Shown here in pieces: positions 1 through 14,700 of a stretch of 64,000 nt of DNA. The translations under genes and the position numbers were made by a program. The notes under the pieces were generated by a model that saw only the letters and a program-made list of their open reading frames with translations, did no database searches and was not told where the DNA came from. The stretch lies in contig NC_043007.1 of assembly GCF_006345805.1 (NCBI RefSeq), forward strand, positions 44,020,001 through 44,084,000, read 5' to 3'. This stretch comes from Octopus sinensis (lineage: Eukaryota). The number at the start of each line of letters is the position of its first letter. Positions within the stretch are counted from its first letter, which is position 1.

Positions 1-861
1 GATGAACAGAAACATCAAAAACAAAGGACATGACTACCTCCCTAATCCTAGTGACATGACAAAATGCACCTAGTGCACTTTGTAAAGCAGTTGGATTTAA
101 GAAGGGATTCGATCATAAAAATCATGCCAAAACTGGAATGGATAGGGGAGATGAGGCACTCTAATCCATCTAGAAAGATAATGATTCCAAAGAAGAACTG
201 ACTAGATGTGATGACTAGTCCAAACCATGCCAGCAGACATGGAAAGCAGGCATTAAAAGATGAAGATGATAATTATGTCAAGGTACTAAATCCAATGCAT
301 GCAACATTGTAATCAAAGCCATACAATTGAGATAAAGAAACATAGCATGTATATACCCTCATTCTAAGCAGTCCCTTTTAATAGTGAAAGATTTATATTA
401 AAATTCAATTTGTTATTTGCATTTGTGTGTATATGTGTGTGTGAGTATTTAAATATATAGATGGCTAGTCCACATTACTCTGTAAGGAGCATAGGGCCAG
501 TTTCCTGGTTTCTCTAGCATACACATTCCTCCTTGGATCGGATGCTGGTCTGTCAAAGATTACTCATTTTCACTAGCTAAGTGGATTGGAGCAATGTGAA
601 AAGATACGTTTTTCTCAAGAGCACAATGCATCACCTATTCCAGGAATTGAAAGCAAAATTTTATGAGATCAACACCCTAACCACTAAGCTATGCACCTCT
701 ACAGATATACATATGTATATATGTGTATGTATATACATTTGTGTGTGTCATCATCATTTAACGTCTGTTGTCCATGCTGGCATGGGTTGGACGGTTTGAC
801 CAGGTCTAGCAAACTGGAAGGCTGCACCAGACTTCAGTGTGATTCAGTATGGTTTCTACAG

Positions 862-904
<43 letters not shown>

Positions 905-2112
905 CACACACATATAAGGTGTATATTTGAAGTTGTTAGATGTGGGCTTTTGTTAAGTTACTTTATTAATGAGTACTATCTACTCTGAGTATATAAATAC
1001 AACACACAGTAGGTACTTGATGTATATGTATATACATACATACACTCCTCATATAGAGTGTGTGTGTATGTATGTATGTATGTATGTATATAACCCCCAA
1101 AGACTCCAAAATAGTGTGTCTATGAGAAAAACTGATTTGATTTTCAAAATCTGCATCTCAGTGGAAGAGTATTGTTATGATTAATCAAAAAATATAATTT
1201 GTTACAAGAAATAATTCAACTTTTACATCAACAAATCTCCCACTCTCTAATCTGTTTCCACGAGGCTCTCTCTTTTATGCCTTCCCCTCTCTAAATATAT
1301 TTACCACTCTATCACTTTCTGTATATGTATATCTCTCACACATGCTGTCCCTCGCTCTCTCTCTCTCTCTCTTCATATGATATGTAATTGCTTTCATTTT
1401 GTTTATATCTTCATCTCTCTAACTCTCTGTGTATGTATATCTCTCACACTGTGAGTATGTGTGTGTGAGTATGCATGTGTGTAGGAAATTTCATTAGGGT
1501 GTCTCTCTCTCTTCATGACATGTAACTGCTTTCATTTTGTTTAAAACATTATTTTGTAATGTTTATTTTCAATTTGGCATGGCTGTGTGGTTAGGGAGCT
1601 TGCTTCCTAGCTACATGGTTTCGGGTTCAGTCCCACTGCGTGGCACTTTGGGTAGGTGTCTTCCACTATAGCCTCGAGCCGACCGGAGCTTTGTGATTGA
1701 ATTTGGTAGGTGGAAGTTACTGCCGTGTGTGTATATGTGCGTATAGCTGCTCAGTGCCTCTCCGAAAGAGAGAGAGAGGGGATAGACAACTATTGCTTAC
1801 AAAATGCTACCTTCCAAATCCTGTTTTCTGACAAGATAAAATTTATCAAACTTTAAACCTCTATAACATTTTTGTTAAATTTTTCTGGAATAAATGAATC
1901 ACAAAATCAAATTCACATGAAACAGTACATCAATATACCAAATTTGAAATTTTCACTTAATTTTAAAACTTCAAAATCTGTGACAGCAACAGAAAAGATT
2001 TCTTCCTCTATTTGTCTATCTCTTTCAGTTATGCTTTTTTCATTGTAAACTTTCCCCTTCTCTCTATATATTTACCACTTTCTCACATTCTTCATATATG
2101 TATATTGCTCAT

Positions 2113-2148
<36 letters not shown>

Positions 2149-2393
2149 AGGAATTTCATTAGGGCAACAAAGAATAAAAACCCTTACAAATCATCAGCAG
2201 CAAGCTAAGAGAAATCTTTACATCTATGCACCAAGTGGAAAATAAAAAACTTAGTTTATTGATGCATTATAAATTGCTCCAAATAATGCAGAAATCTGTC
2301 CTGATCAAGAGGCCTGTCTGTCAGAAGACATGGTCTGACACAGAACAAAAAAAAATTGAAATAAAGGCATTCTATTGTGAAGATTGTACAGTG

Positions 2394-2425
<32 letters not shown>

Positions 2426-3378
2426 ATATATGCACATGTGTATGTCAGCTTGCATATTTGTAGATAAAAGTGTGCACAGGTGTGCATACATGTGTATATA
2501 AGTTCCTTTAGTGAAGCAACAAAAATATTTTTTAAGAGATGGAAAGTGAAAGTAATTCAGCAGAAGCTACAAGAGCAATAATAATAATAATGATGGTGAT
2601 GGTGATGATGATAATAATAATCATGCTTTAGAATGAATTTGGAGATAATTGTCAGTTTTGATAAATGATTCAATCAACAGTATAACAGAAATAATGTGGC
2701 TAGTAACAAAAATTATAATTTTACAAGCTATTAACTTCATCTTTAGTGTGCATACTTAATATTTACATGGTTTTACAATTAGCTTGATCTCAAATCATCA
2801 TCATCAGGTGTTTTATTCATGGATGTGTATGCATAATTCTAGACTGAATTTTATCTAGGAGCCATTATTTATAGACTAAAAGTAAGCTTAGAGACAAGAA
2901 TGGTGTTTCACTTACTTTAGTGATAAAAATTCCTAGCTCCAACCCAATCTAGGACCACATATATGATCTGGAGTATGGAACTTGATGACAATCAGAGATC
3001 AGATCTATTCTATTGTAAATATTGTAATAAAAAAAAGAAACCACAATGTAATGCAGATGTAAATATTGTAAATGGGGTATAACTATACGAGCTAAAGAAG
3101 AGTTATTTGTCTGAAATATTATTTGAAATATTATATGTAAATCTTATCAACAACATATTTCAGGCATTTAAATAGTTACTAAGAGTTTGAAAATGAAAAT
3201 GAAAAAAAATTAAAATATCAAATTAAAAACATTCTAGAGTAAAAAAATAAAGAGAGAAATCAAGTACCATTTCAAAACTGATGGAAACAAAAACTTTTGT
3301 GTTAATATGTATATGTGTTTGTGTGTGTTTGTGTATAGCTATGCTCTAGTGAGAGGCAAAAGCAGTAAAGAACATTAT

Positions 3379-3484
3379 TCAACTTTTCAATTTTAAATCT
3401 GTCCATTTCAAACTTTCTTCCCATAATTTTTTCTGGACATCTTCATCCTGTGTAGTCTCGTGCCAATTAACTGGACAACATTCT
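3379..3484 (-). CDS. RDH-like exon 7 ([34 protein letters not shown])
   Basis: ctttttcag| acceptor, phase matches exon 6, TGA at 3379..3381. Confidence 0.92.
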
Positions 3485-6400
3485 CTGAAAAAGAAGTAAG
3501 AGAAATAATAATGATGATGATGATGATAATCCTTTCGACGAAAGGCACAAAACCTGAAATTTGGAAGGAAGGGACTAGTGCTCAACTGGTAATTATTTTA
3601 TCGAGACCAAAAGGATGAAAGGCAAAGTCGACCTTGGCGGAATAATCTCCTAATATAATAATGAGGGTTGTGTTTTTATATATTTGTGTGTGTGTGTGTA
3701 TATATATGCATGTGTTTGTCCAAAATCAGGCAGGTAGTGGGAGTAAGAGAAATAGTATAAGTGAAGGGTGAGAAGAGAAAATAGTAATTCAGTGAAGGAG
3801 AAGTAGTGAGAGTAATAGCTGGGAGTGGGAGAAAGTAATAGCACAGGCGAAATGTTTTGTTTACATTTTACAAAGATCATTTTCTCTAATATTTCAGTTC
3901 CAATGTGTATGTGTATATTTACAGTATATAGTGTTTGTTGATGGAGGTAAAGAATATACACACCATCCATTTTCGGCCTAATCCTAACCCTAAACACTGG
4001 GTTTGTGTATTCTTTACCTTCGCCATGTTTGTTATCAGTTCACTGATATTTTTAGTCATCCGTACTCTCATAACTTATTTACGGTATATAGTGTTTGTTA
4101 TCCAGTCACTGATACAATGTGCATGATGAAGTATGCAACCATTTAGATGCCAGGTATGTGAGTGCTCCTGAAAGTATGTGCTGCCTATTGAGAATAAAAT
4201 GCATGACAGATCTCATTCCGTTATTCGTCTGCCTGTCCATCTGCCACAAGAGCAACTTAGAGACTTTGAAGAGGGTCAAGAGAGACAGGCACTTGAGAGA
4301 GCAACACAGAAGAACACACCACTAACAGCTTGGTATCTTCTGAATCAAACAGATGAAAATGCCTGGAACTTGAATATTTGGATATTCCGTACAGTAATGT
4401 CTTCAATAAGCAGACTACTGTATGGAAGCATAGACAAAGAGGAGGGGATAAAGTCATCTTCAGACTGTACGCTGTTAGCCCAAAGGATGCGGAAAGATTT
4501 TACTTGAGACTGTTGTTGTTGCATATTGCTGAAGCTTGAAGTTATGAGGATATGAAAACAGTAGATGGTGTAGTCTGCAACTCATTTGAAGAAGCTGCTC
4601 TTAATTATTGATGAAGCATCAATGTTATCATGCAATGCTCTGAGAGCCATTGATCTGCTGCTGAGGCAAATAAGGAAGTCACCCAGACCATTCAGTGGAA
4701 AAATGCTACTTGGCAGAGACTTCAGACAAACTGCACCCATCATCCCAAGAGGATCCAATGCAGCAGTAAGAGTCTCAATTAAGCAATCTCCTCTCTAGCA
4801 TTTCATAACAAAACTCAGTTTGACAGAAAATATGCGCATGGCTGGACAAGATGACTTTAACAGGTGGCTCTTAGAGGTTGGAAATGGAACCCTCTCCAAC
4901 AATGAAGGGCTGGAAGAAAACCTCATAGAAATTCCCCAGAACATGATATCTACAAATAACATCGTTAGAGAAGTTTTGGGGGAAGAATTATTACTAGACA
5001 ATGATGAGGCAGTTAAAAGAGTGCCATTGACAATCATTTTGACACCTAAAAATAAAGATTGTCTTCACATAAACACTGAAATAATGTCATTATTGCCTGG
5101 TGAGGCAACAATCTCCAGAAGTATTGACACCACTGTTGAAGAAAATAATGAAGCTGTTATACATTAACCAGTGGGTTTTTTTTAATTCACTGATGCTTTC
5201 TAGGATGCCACCTCATATACTGACCTTGAAGAGGCATTCGATAGTCATGTTGCTAAGGAACCTGAACCCAATGAGAGGTTTACTCAATGGGACCCGGATC
5301 TTAGTGCTGCCTATCAAGGATTTTTTCATTCATGGAAAAATACTTAATAGAAGTAAGAAAGGAGAGGAGGCCTTTATTCTGCACATCAACCTCTGTCCCA
5401 GTGAGACAGCCCTTCCCTTTAGCATTAGTAGATGACAACTTCCTGTTACCCCAGCATTTGCAATGACTATTAACAATTCACAAGGGCAGAGCTTCAATAA
5501 TGTTGGCATCATTCTATCATCACCAGTATTGAACCATGGACAACTTTATGTTGCATTGAGAAGTACAAGCAGGAATAATATTAAAATGTTAGTAAAGAGC
5601 CATCCAAAACAAAGCAAACTCATTGGTGGTAGGGTTTTCACTAGAAACATTGTGTTGAAACAGTTATTGAAATAAAGGTCATAGTCTTTTAATTTTAATT
5701 TCTGTATAATTTTCATACCATCAGAAATGACGGCGTGGGTACACTAGTAACAATAATAATCACGATCCTTTCTAATATAGATACAAGGCCTGAATTTTGG
5801 TGAGAGGAGTAAGTCAATTACATCGACCCCAGTCCTCAACTGGTACTTAAACATGGACCTGAAAGGATGAAAGGCAAAGTTGACCTCAGCAGAATTTGAA
5901 CTCAGAATGTAAAGACGGATTAAATGTCACTAAGCATTTTGCTTGGTGTGCTAACATCACATGATAATTTGAAATGAATATCACCATCACACAAGCATTG
6001 TTCGTTTCCCATCTTCTGTGAAAATATGTCAGGCTTTGGGGAAATACTACCTTATTTGGAAACAAGTGGAGGATTGGCAACAGGAAGGGCATCCAGTTAT
6101 AGGAAATCTAACTCAACAAGAAGGTGCATGGCTCAGTAGTTACAGCGTCAGGCTCACAATCATGAGGTAGTTAGTCTGATTCCCAGACTGGGCTGTGTTG
6201 AACTCTTGAGTAAGACACTTATTTCACATTGCTCCAGTTCACTCAGCTGTAGAAATGAGTTGCGACATCACTGGTGCCAAGCTGTATCAGCCTTTGCCTT
6301 TCCCTTGGGTAACATCAGTGGCATGGAGAGAGGAGGTTGGTATGCATGGGCAACTGCTGGTCTTCCATAGAAACCTGTGCCTCAGAGGGGAACTTTCTAG

Positions 6401-8715
6401 GAGCAATCTCATTTTCTAAAACCCTTTTAAATAGTATGAGAAAGTGGACATTAAAATAATGAGGATTATGGTGACGATGATTTTGCTGTTGATTAGCTCC
6501 AGGACCTGTCTGATCAAGCACACATATGTTCAAAAACATTCATGTCATGACCATCTTGCCAATTTTCCAGACATACTGTACCTGGGATTCACTGAGAGAA
6601 TCCCAAAATTAACAGAGTCACTGTCATTAGTACAAAATAACCACTACAAGAAAAAGTGTGAACTCTTCAACATTTAGACCAGTTATATCAAGCCCAAATA
6701 TTCTGCCTGTTTTATGTTCAATTTGTCCAGATCTGGCCTCTCACACCTATCCTACAAGCCCATTCTAAAAATAATCAACTACATCATCAAACTCTTGCAA
6801 CAACAGGATAATGCATGATTAATTTAAAACAATGGGATTGAATAAGCATTACATTCAACAGAATAATTTGAATGTTAAAGATATAATTATACTTACACAA
6901 AATATTTTCCACTTGTATTTCCTAAGGCATCTTCAAGAGCACAAAACATCATTGTGTTGATTCCATCTTCGGGTTTCTTGAACATGTACCATACAAATGG
7001 TGAAAAACACATATTGATAAAAGAATGTGCACGGAAAGGCATATGGCGGTGTAAATTGGTGTTTACAATTCCTGGATTTATACAGTTAACGATCACTTCA
7101 CTACCTTGAAAGTTGGCAGAGAAAAAAGAAAGAAAGAAAGTAACAATGATTAGTATCATCAGATATCTAAACTTGTAGACAAACATATAGGAAATTTCCA
7201 GAGAGAACGCTAAATCACTTTTCTGATATCTTTCTTTCCCTATAGCTTTCTAAGGTGTAACATAGTGATCTAATATAAAGTCTTTGAGAAGTATGCAATA
7301 ATCAGGTCATAGAGCAGAAGTTTCTAAAACTTCAAATTAAAATTCAATGAAAAAAATGTGATTCAAATTAAAATTTATTAAAAATCAAAAGCATTTGATG
7401 AATTATAATCAGTGCTCAAAGTTTTGATTTTAGACATTTTGCTCTTTGATTTTTTGCCTACACTAATTTTAATTATGAAAACATCTGAGCTTTATTTAAA
7501 ATTTAATTAAAAATAAAAATGCTTGAAAAAATTCCTGTCCTTAGGGGGAGATAAATTTGGTTTAAAAATAAAACATTTAAGAAGTAAACGAGAAAACGTA
7601 TCAGAATCCAAGGAAGTGAAATGATATTTTGCAGCTGTATTTGAATTGTCAGAACTCACCTCTCAGTACAATACACAAATTATTTCATGAATTATAATGT
7701 AGCATAAAGTCAAGAGGACCTTTAGTCTAACCTTCTTGAGATATGGTAGCTTCTCTAATGCTGGTGCTATGATAAAATGCACCCAGTACACTCTGTAGAG
7801 GAGGTTAATGACAGAATGGATAACAAAACCAAAAAATGAAATAACATGGTCATCCAAGACATCTAGGAACACTAGCATAGCTAGAGTGTGTGTTGCATGG
7901 GGCAGTCCTTCAGTTTGCTGCCCCCTAGGCCCCAACAAAAAATACATATTGCCTACAGTAGACCCAAAAGTGCTGCTGCCCCCAAAATGTTTCACCCAGG
8001 GTGAATTGCTCCCTCCATCCCCACCCCATCTAACTACGCTAATATCTAGGAAGGTAATAACTTCAAACAAGAACTGCGTTAGGCCATAATGATCCATTCA
8101 ACACTAACCAGTATGGAAAGTTGATGTGAAATAATCATGCTGAAGATGATGATGACTATAGAAGTTCAACATTTTAAAGGTTGCATAAGAGGGGAGGACT
8201 GGCTAAAGGCTGATTTTCACATGGAGGAAGGAGGTAACATAATACGAATGACAGGAGGTGGAGAGAAAAGTATATCATTTAGGCTAGGACACTTGTAATA
8301 TACAACCTGCTAATTCTAAGAAGCAGGAGCTGTACTAGTAACATTGGAAGAGACAGAGAGGACACAACACATGGGTTGGTCAACAAAGGTGCCATAATCA
8401 ATTGGATGGCACTAGTTTTAGATATTTTCAAAAATCTTAGCAGTTGTTGATGTTCATCCCCAGCTCAGCTGAGAGAGTAGACCTATACTCTCTCTCTTTT
8501 ACTCTTTTACTTGTTTCAGTCATTTGACTGCAGCCATGCTGGAGCACCGCCTTTTATCGAGCAACTCGACCCCAGGACTTATTCTTTTGTAAGCCCAGTA
8601 CTTATTCTATCGGTCTCTTTTGCCGAACCACTAAGTAACGGGGACATAAACACACCAGCATTGGTTGTCAAGCAATGCTAGGGGGACAAACACAGACACA
8701 CAAACACACACACGC

Positions 8716-8764
<49 letters not shown>

Positions 8765-11700
8765 CGACAGGCTTCTTTCAGTTTCCGTCTACCAAGTCCA
8801 CTCACAAGGCTTTGGTCGGCCCGAGGCTATAGTAGAAGATACTTGCCCAAGATGCCACGCAGTGGGACTGAACCCGGAACCATGTGGTTGGTAAACAAGC
8901 TACTTACCACACAGCCACTCCTGCGCTATGGTTAAAAAAATTCCATCTTTTTTTTTTTTTCAGACATATTCAGTATATCCTTCCCTATCAGACAGTAGAG
9001 TATGATGAGGGAGATTTGGCTTATTTCTAGCAAGTCAAGTGAACATGTAACCCTATCCCTCATTTGCCCTATTTTATGTGTGTGTGTGTATGTGTGTGGG
9101 TGTACATGCATATTTGGCAGATATTCTTAACTTTAAATGTGAGTTGCACCCAAATGCACCCGGCTGGAATATTTTCTGAGTCTTAAAGGGAAAAGCCAGT
9201 CTTTGAGTAGCAATTCTAACTGTGTTAGTGACGCCTGGTCATCATGAGAAAGTACCAGACAAGGTATCAAAACCTCTGAAACTACATACAACATACCTTC
9301 CAAGTATTTTGCCAATGTTATAGTAAACATAGCAACTGCCAACTTGCTCTGTGCATAAGCATGCCCAGGGTTATAATCTTCATCATGGTTTAAATCATCA
9401 AAATTTATGCTTCCCAGTTGGTGGGCATGTGCTGTGACGTTGACAATACGAGCTGGTGCTGATGCTTTCATGGTATCCAGTAAAAGATGTGTAAGCAAAA
9501 ACGGCCCTGAAAGAAATTGATAAAATTATTGAAGTTTAAAGTAATCAGTTTAAAGTATTTCAAAAAAGAACTCAATACACTAAAATAATGGCAATTAGGA
9601 TTATAAAACTTGGGTTTTTCTAACTTATAAATTTCTGAGCTATAAGTTTTAAAGGATAGCAGAAATCAGATTGCAGAAATTTAGCATCTCACTTCATGAG
9701 TATTGCAATTTATGGTTTCTCTTTGTATCATAACAATAAAACAACTACTTGCTGTGCTGTTTAAGATGTCATTTGATTATTGTTGTTAGTTATATGCCAT
9801 GCAGTGGGACTGAACTCAGAACCATGTGGTTGGTAAGCAAGCAACTTACCACACAGCCCCTCCTGTGCCTATGTGTACAATGTGAATGTGTTTTTTTTTC
9901 ACATGCTGTCATGTCACTTTCACCTTCCAAACTAGGTTAAATACAGTTAAGTTGATTACAAATAGATGTTTGTAGATTCAGATGTAGTGTGCAAGAGAGA
10001 AGACTTCACTTGTATGGCCATGTAATGTGTATGAATGAAGACAAGAGGTGCCAATCTCTAATTGTAGAGGGAACATGTGGAAGGGGTAGACCCAAAAAGA
10101 TGTGGGATGAAGTGGCGAAAAAGGATCTACAGACGTTGGGACTCACAGAAGGGATGACAGGGGACCAAGACTTCTGGCAATTTGTTGTGCTTGAAAAGAC
10201 ACATCCAGTTAAGTAAAAGTGTGGTTGTCCTTGCATACAGACTTGTCCCCTGCAACCCTCTCCAGCTGAGCATCCCTAAACTCACAGGCTCATAGATGCT
10301 AGTGCCAGTGCTGTGTAAAAGCACCCAGTACACTCTATAAAGTAATTGCCCTTTCTAAGAGCATCCAGCCATAGAAACCATGCTGAAACAGACAGGGAGC
10401 CTGAACAGCCCTTCATGTCAAATCGTCCAACCCATTCCAGCATGCAAAATAGACATATGATGATGATGATGAATTGCTGAGCAGCAATTTCTTGTCTCAG
10501 AGCTGAATTTGTGCTCCAGTAGTTTCTGTAACTTGGAAGCTGAACAACTCCCATTAGAAAAAGAATTCCAAGATATCCCTTCATCTCCATTAGTCAAAGG
10601 TTTTGTAAGACCCAAAACATTAATATTATTTACTCTTATGGTGTTTACAGATGACACTAAAATGCCAGTAATTATTTTATCCAAGTTCAAGCTCCCTTTC
10701 TCTCATCAAATCATTAACTACCAAATTCTAACTCATAGCTTGAGGTATGCACTGTCATGATGCTTGAAAATGGAAGGAAGAAAGAATCCAGAGAAATTCA
10801 CTCAATAAAACACAAAATTAAACACATATGGTGTAAACAGTAAGTCTTTCAGCAAGAAGTTCTTTCTAAAATGAGGTTAAACCTTCTCACACAGAAGAGT
10901 GCTTAGTTCCAGTCTCCAACCACAAACAACAATGTCATTTAAAATACAGTTACATGTTGTTAAAGATTTAACACTTGCTAGTGGTAACTCCAATTTTTAC
11001 TGTTTTCCTTCTGTCTTATCCTTCAAAATTAAAAGACCAGGTTCATAAAGGGAAATAATGACCTGAAGATAACTAAAGATAGAATATATGCAATTACTGT
11101 TAAGTGATATAAGTTTTACCCAGGTAATTCACAGCAAACTGCATCTCAAATTTATCTGTAGACAAGGTTTTTGGACACATCATCACACCAGCATTATTAA
11201 TAAGAATGTGCAGCTGAGATTCACCTGTGAAAACAAACAAAAAAAAAGTCAATATTAGTTAATTACAAGAAAAAAGGTGTGTTATAATTATGGATTAAAT
11301 ACTACAAAATTACTTCAAGGAATAACTAAAAAGATGAACAGAGAAATAGATAGATAGAAAGCCATATAGACAATGGAATACATAAAAAGATAGACAGAGA
11401 GGAACAAATAGACAAATATATAGAGACAGAAAAATAGATGGATAGACAGAGGAATATATAAGTAGGGTAATAAAAAATAGATACAAGAAACATAGAAATA
11501 TCATATATACATTAATGCTATGTATACACACACACACACACATAAGCATACCACATGTTACAAAAGTTTTGTGTTCATGAAAATCTTGCTGTAACAAAGA
11601 GTCCCTTAAGACAAAATGTTTTTACCTATTATCTTCCATGTGACATAGAAATCAATGGTAAAGAATAAGTTTGTTACACACGTCTATTTTCTCTCTTTCA

Positions 11701-14700
11701 TATTCCTTTCACTGTACATCCTTCACTCATACTTGTCCCTACAATGTTGGATAACCCTTGACCCTTCTACACAACTCATCTCATCACTTTTACCATTCTG
11801 AACTCCACCCTACAGCATGATTCTCATGAACACAACACTTCTGTAATGCAGGGATCATCATTATCATTTAACATTTTTTTCCATGTTGAGATGGACAGTC
11901 TGATAGGATGTGAAAAACTGGGGAGACTGCCTTGTGTTCAAGTGCCTGTTTAAATGGTTTCTACAGCAGGATGCCTATCCCTAACATCAACCACTTTACA
12001 GAGTGTACTTTTATGGTAGCCTCATCACTAGTGAGGTCAACTTGCAACACTAAGGGGCAAAAAGAGATCCCTATAACTGAAAAACAGGGGAGAAGGAGAG
12101 AGAGTGTGTGGTGATTTTAGGCAAGATAATGAGATAGGATAAAGTATGAAGAGAAGAGTAGATTTACAGCAATGAGAGGGTGGTTAGTAGTGGAGTAAGA
12201 GAGCCACTATTGAGAGACAGAATATGGAAAGAAGAGGAAGGGAGATTAGTGTCAGTGTTAGAGAAAAAGGAAAAAACGGAATGGTAAAAGTGATGAGATG
12301 AGTTGTGTAGAAGGGTCAAGGGTTATCCAACATTGTAGGGACAAGTATGAGTGAAGGATGTACAGTGAAAGGAATATGAAAGAGAGAAAATAGACGTGTG
12401 TGACAAAATTCTAGAGAGAGTCACTGAAAGAGAGGTGTGGAAGGAGATCAGAGAGATGAGAGGGTGTTGAGGTAGTAGAGAAACTGTGGGAGGACAGTGA
12501 GAGAAAAAGAGACAGAGAAGGAGTGATGACAGTGGGTGAGTAAGTATCACAGGTGGTGAGACAAGAAATATGAATGATAGAATGATAACTGAAGTGAGAG
12601 GGGAGATGGCTGCAGGGGGAAGGTGAATACAAGGTGATGAGGATAAACTCTGGTGAAAGAAAGGTGGGTGGAGCAAAAGGTGCAACCATTCATAGTTTAT
12701 GAGCTTTATAGGTGAAGGGGAAATAAGAGAGGGAGGAGTATGACTGACTAAGAGACCACATTAGTGAAATGAAAAAAGAAATGAAAGAAAGAGAAAAGGT
12801 AATCAACAGATAATGAGAGGAGTTTAGGGATGCAAAGGGCGGCAGCAAATATAGACTTGGTTGGATACACACACATACATATTGTGTGTGTGTGTGTGCA
12901 TAGATATACCCAAATACATTCATATATATATAATTGGTAATCCCACTCGCTTCCAAATCCCTAACGAAGAATTACGCACAGCTCATGAACGGTTAAAGTT
13001 AAGAAATTCTTCTTTCAACCTCACTTTCTTCTACCTACTATCTTTGCACGTATCATCATTATTCTTTCATTATTCTTCAATTATTCTCTCATTATATTAT
13101 TCTTTCAGTATTCTCTCATTACTCTGTCTAGCACAGTAACATGCCATTCATGTAAATATGTTTTTCGTTGTCTTGTCTTCCTGTTGCTCCCAATTCATAG
13201 CCACTTATCTTTCTCCTAAAATTTGACTTTCTCAGATTTTTCAAACCTACTTTCTTGCTCTCACAATTAACAGAACCTCTTCCTAGTTTGTGGTGCACCC
13301 GCCCTCCCACCCCCTCCACACATGCCGGAAGTTCCTATTCTTTGCCATCCCTGGGTTGCTTCCCATGAAGACTGCAAATGCTCTTTCACCATCCCTACCC
13401 CTAGACTCGACCTATGTAAGGTAATGTTCATACAGTGCAAAATATGAAAGGGTAGTGTTATGCAGGTTGAACTGAAGGCTACTGTATTACTTGCTCATGA
13501 ATTCTGCCAAATGTGAGCTTTCTTTTCAGGTACATGAAGCTACTGTCCACCGTCCCAGGGTCTCTAGGGCCCATACCTCCCACACCCTCAGGGTTGGCAC
13601 CCTCAATGTTGGCACACTGAAAGGTAGGTCTGGCGAGATAGTCGAGATGCTTGAACGGAGATGTGTTGATATATGTTGCATGCAAGAAGTAAGGTGGAGA
13701 GGAGGTTCTGCTAGGTTCCTCACAGGCAAGGAACACAGGTACAAGATTTTCTGAGCAGGGAACACTGACGGGGTTGGTGACGTGGGTATACTTATCGCTG
13801 AGAAATGGGTAGATAAAGTAATTGAGGTAATCAGAGTATGTAACAGAATACTTAAGATTAGATTAGTGTTTCATCATGGATTAGCAACCATTATATCGGC
13901 CTATGCTACCCGATGGACAGAAAGACCGATTCTATGACACTCTACTGCAGACTACCTCGTTGACGAACGACAGAGACCTTCTCTTTGTGGCTGGTGACTT
14001 CAATGGTCACGTTGGACGACATGCTGGGGGCTTCCATGGTGTAAATGGAGGCTATGGCTATGGTTCCCGCAACGAGGAGGGAACCAGGCTGCTGGAGTTC
14101 TGCGATGCAAATAATCTTATGGTTTGCAACACTAACTTCAGGAAACCTACCAGCCACCTAGTCACCTACCGATCGGGCCAACATACCAGCCAAATTGACT
14201 TCGTCCTTGCCAGGCAAAGGGAGAGATGGCTGCTTATAAATGCCCAAACCTTCCCAGGCAAAGAATGTACCCCACAACATAGACTGGTAGTTAGTGACTT
14301 TAGGATCAGGACTAAGAGGACAACTAGAAGACGACCAACATGGAGAAGAAGGATCTGGAAGCTTAAAGAACCTGCGAATGGACAGAGATTTAGGGACATG
14401 TTACTTGAAGCCTTTGACGAAGTAGAAGGGGATAGAGTATCACATGGAGTAGAAGGCAACTGGACGTTTCTAAGGGACAACCTGCTGAGAGCCACTGACC
14501 AGATCTGTGGCTGGTGCAAAGTCCCCTCTCGTCCCAAGGTAACGTGGTGGTGGAACAATGTTGTAGACAGGGCTATTAGAGAAAAGAGACAGGCTTGGAA
14601 GGACTGGAAGAATGGTGGTAGCAGGGAAGTGTATCAGACTGCCAAAAGGGAAGCTAGGAGACAGGTCTATCTAGCCAGAGGGGAAGCAGATAAGAAAAAA

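Noticed and set aside
6125-6200. tRNA-like A/B-box sequences (here and at other SINE heads)
   Set aside because: They continue into SINE bodies and lack a complete cloverleaf, so they are not tRNA genes.
7663-8097. 144-aa hydrophobic minus-strand ORF inside the RDH gene
   Set aside because: It spans SINE tail sequence and a degenerate MITE-like insert (ctagcatagctag...ctaactacgcta), has no family motif, and is not needed: exons 5 and 6 join in frame.
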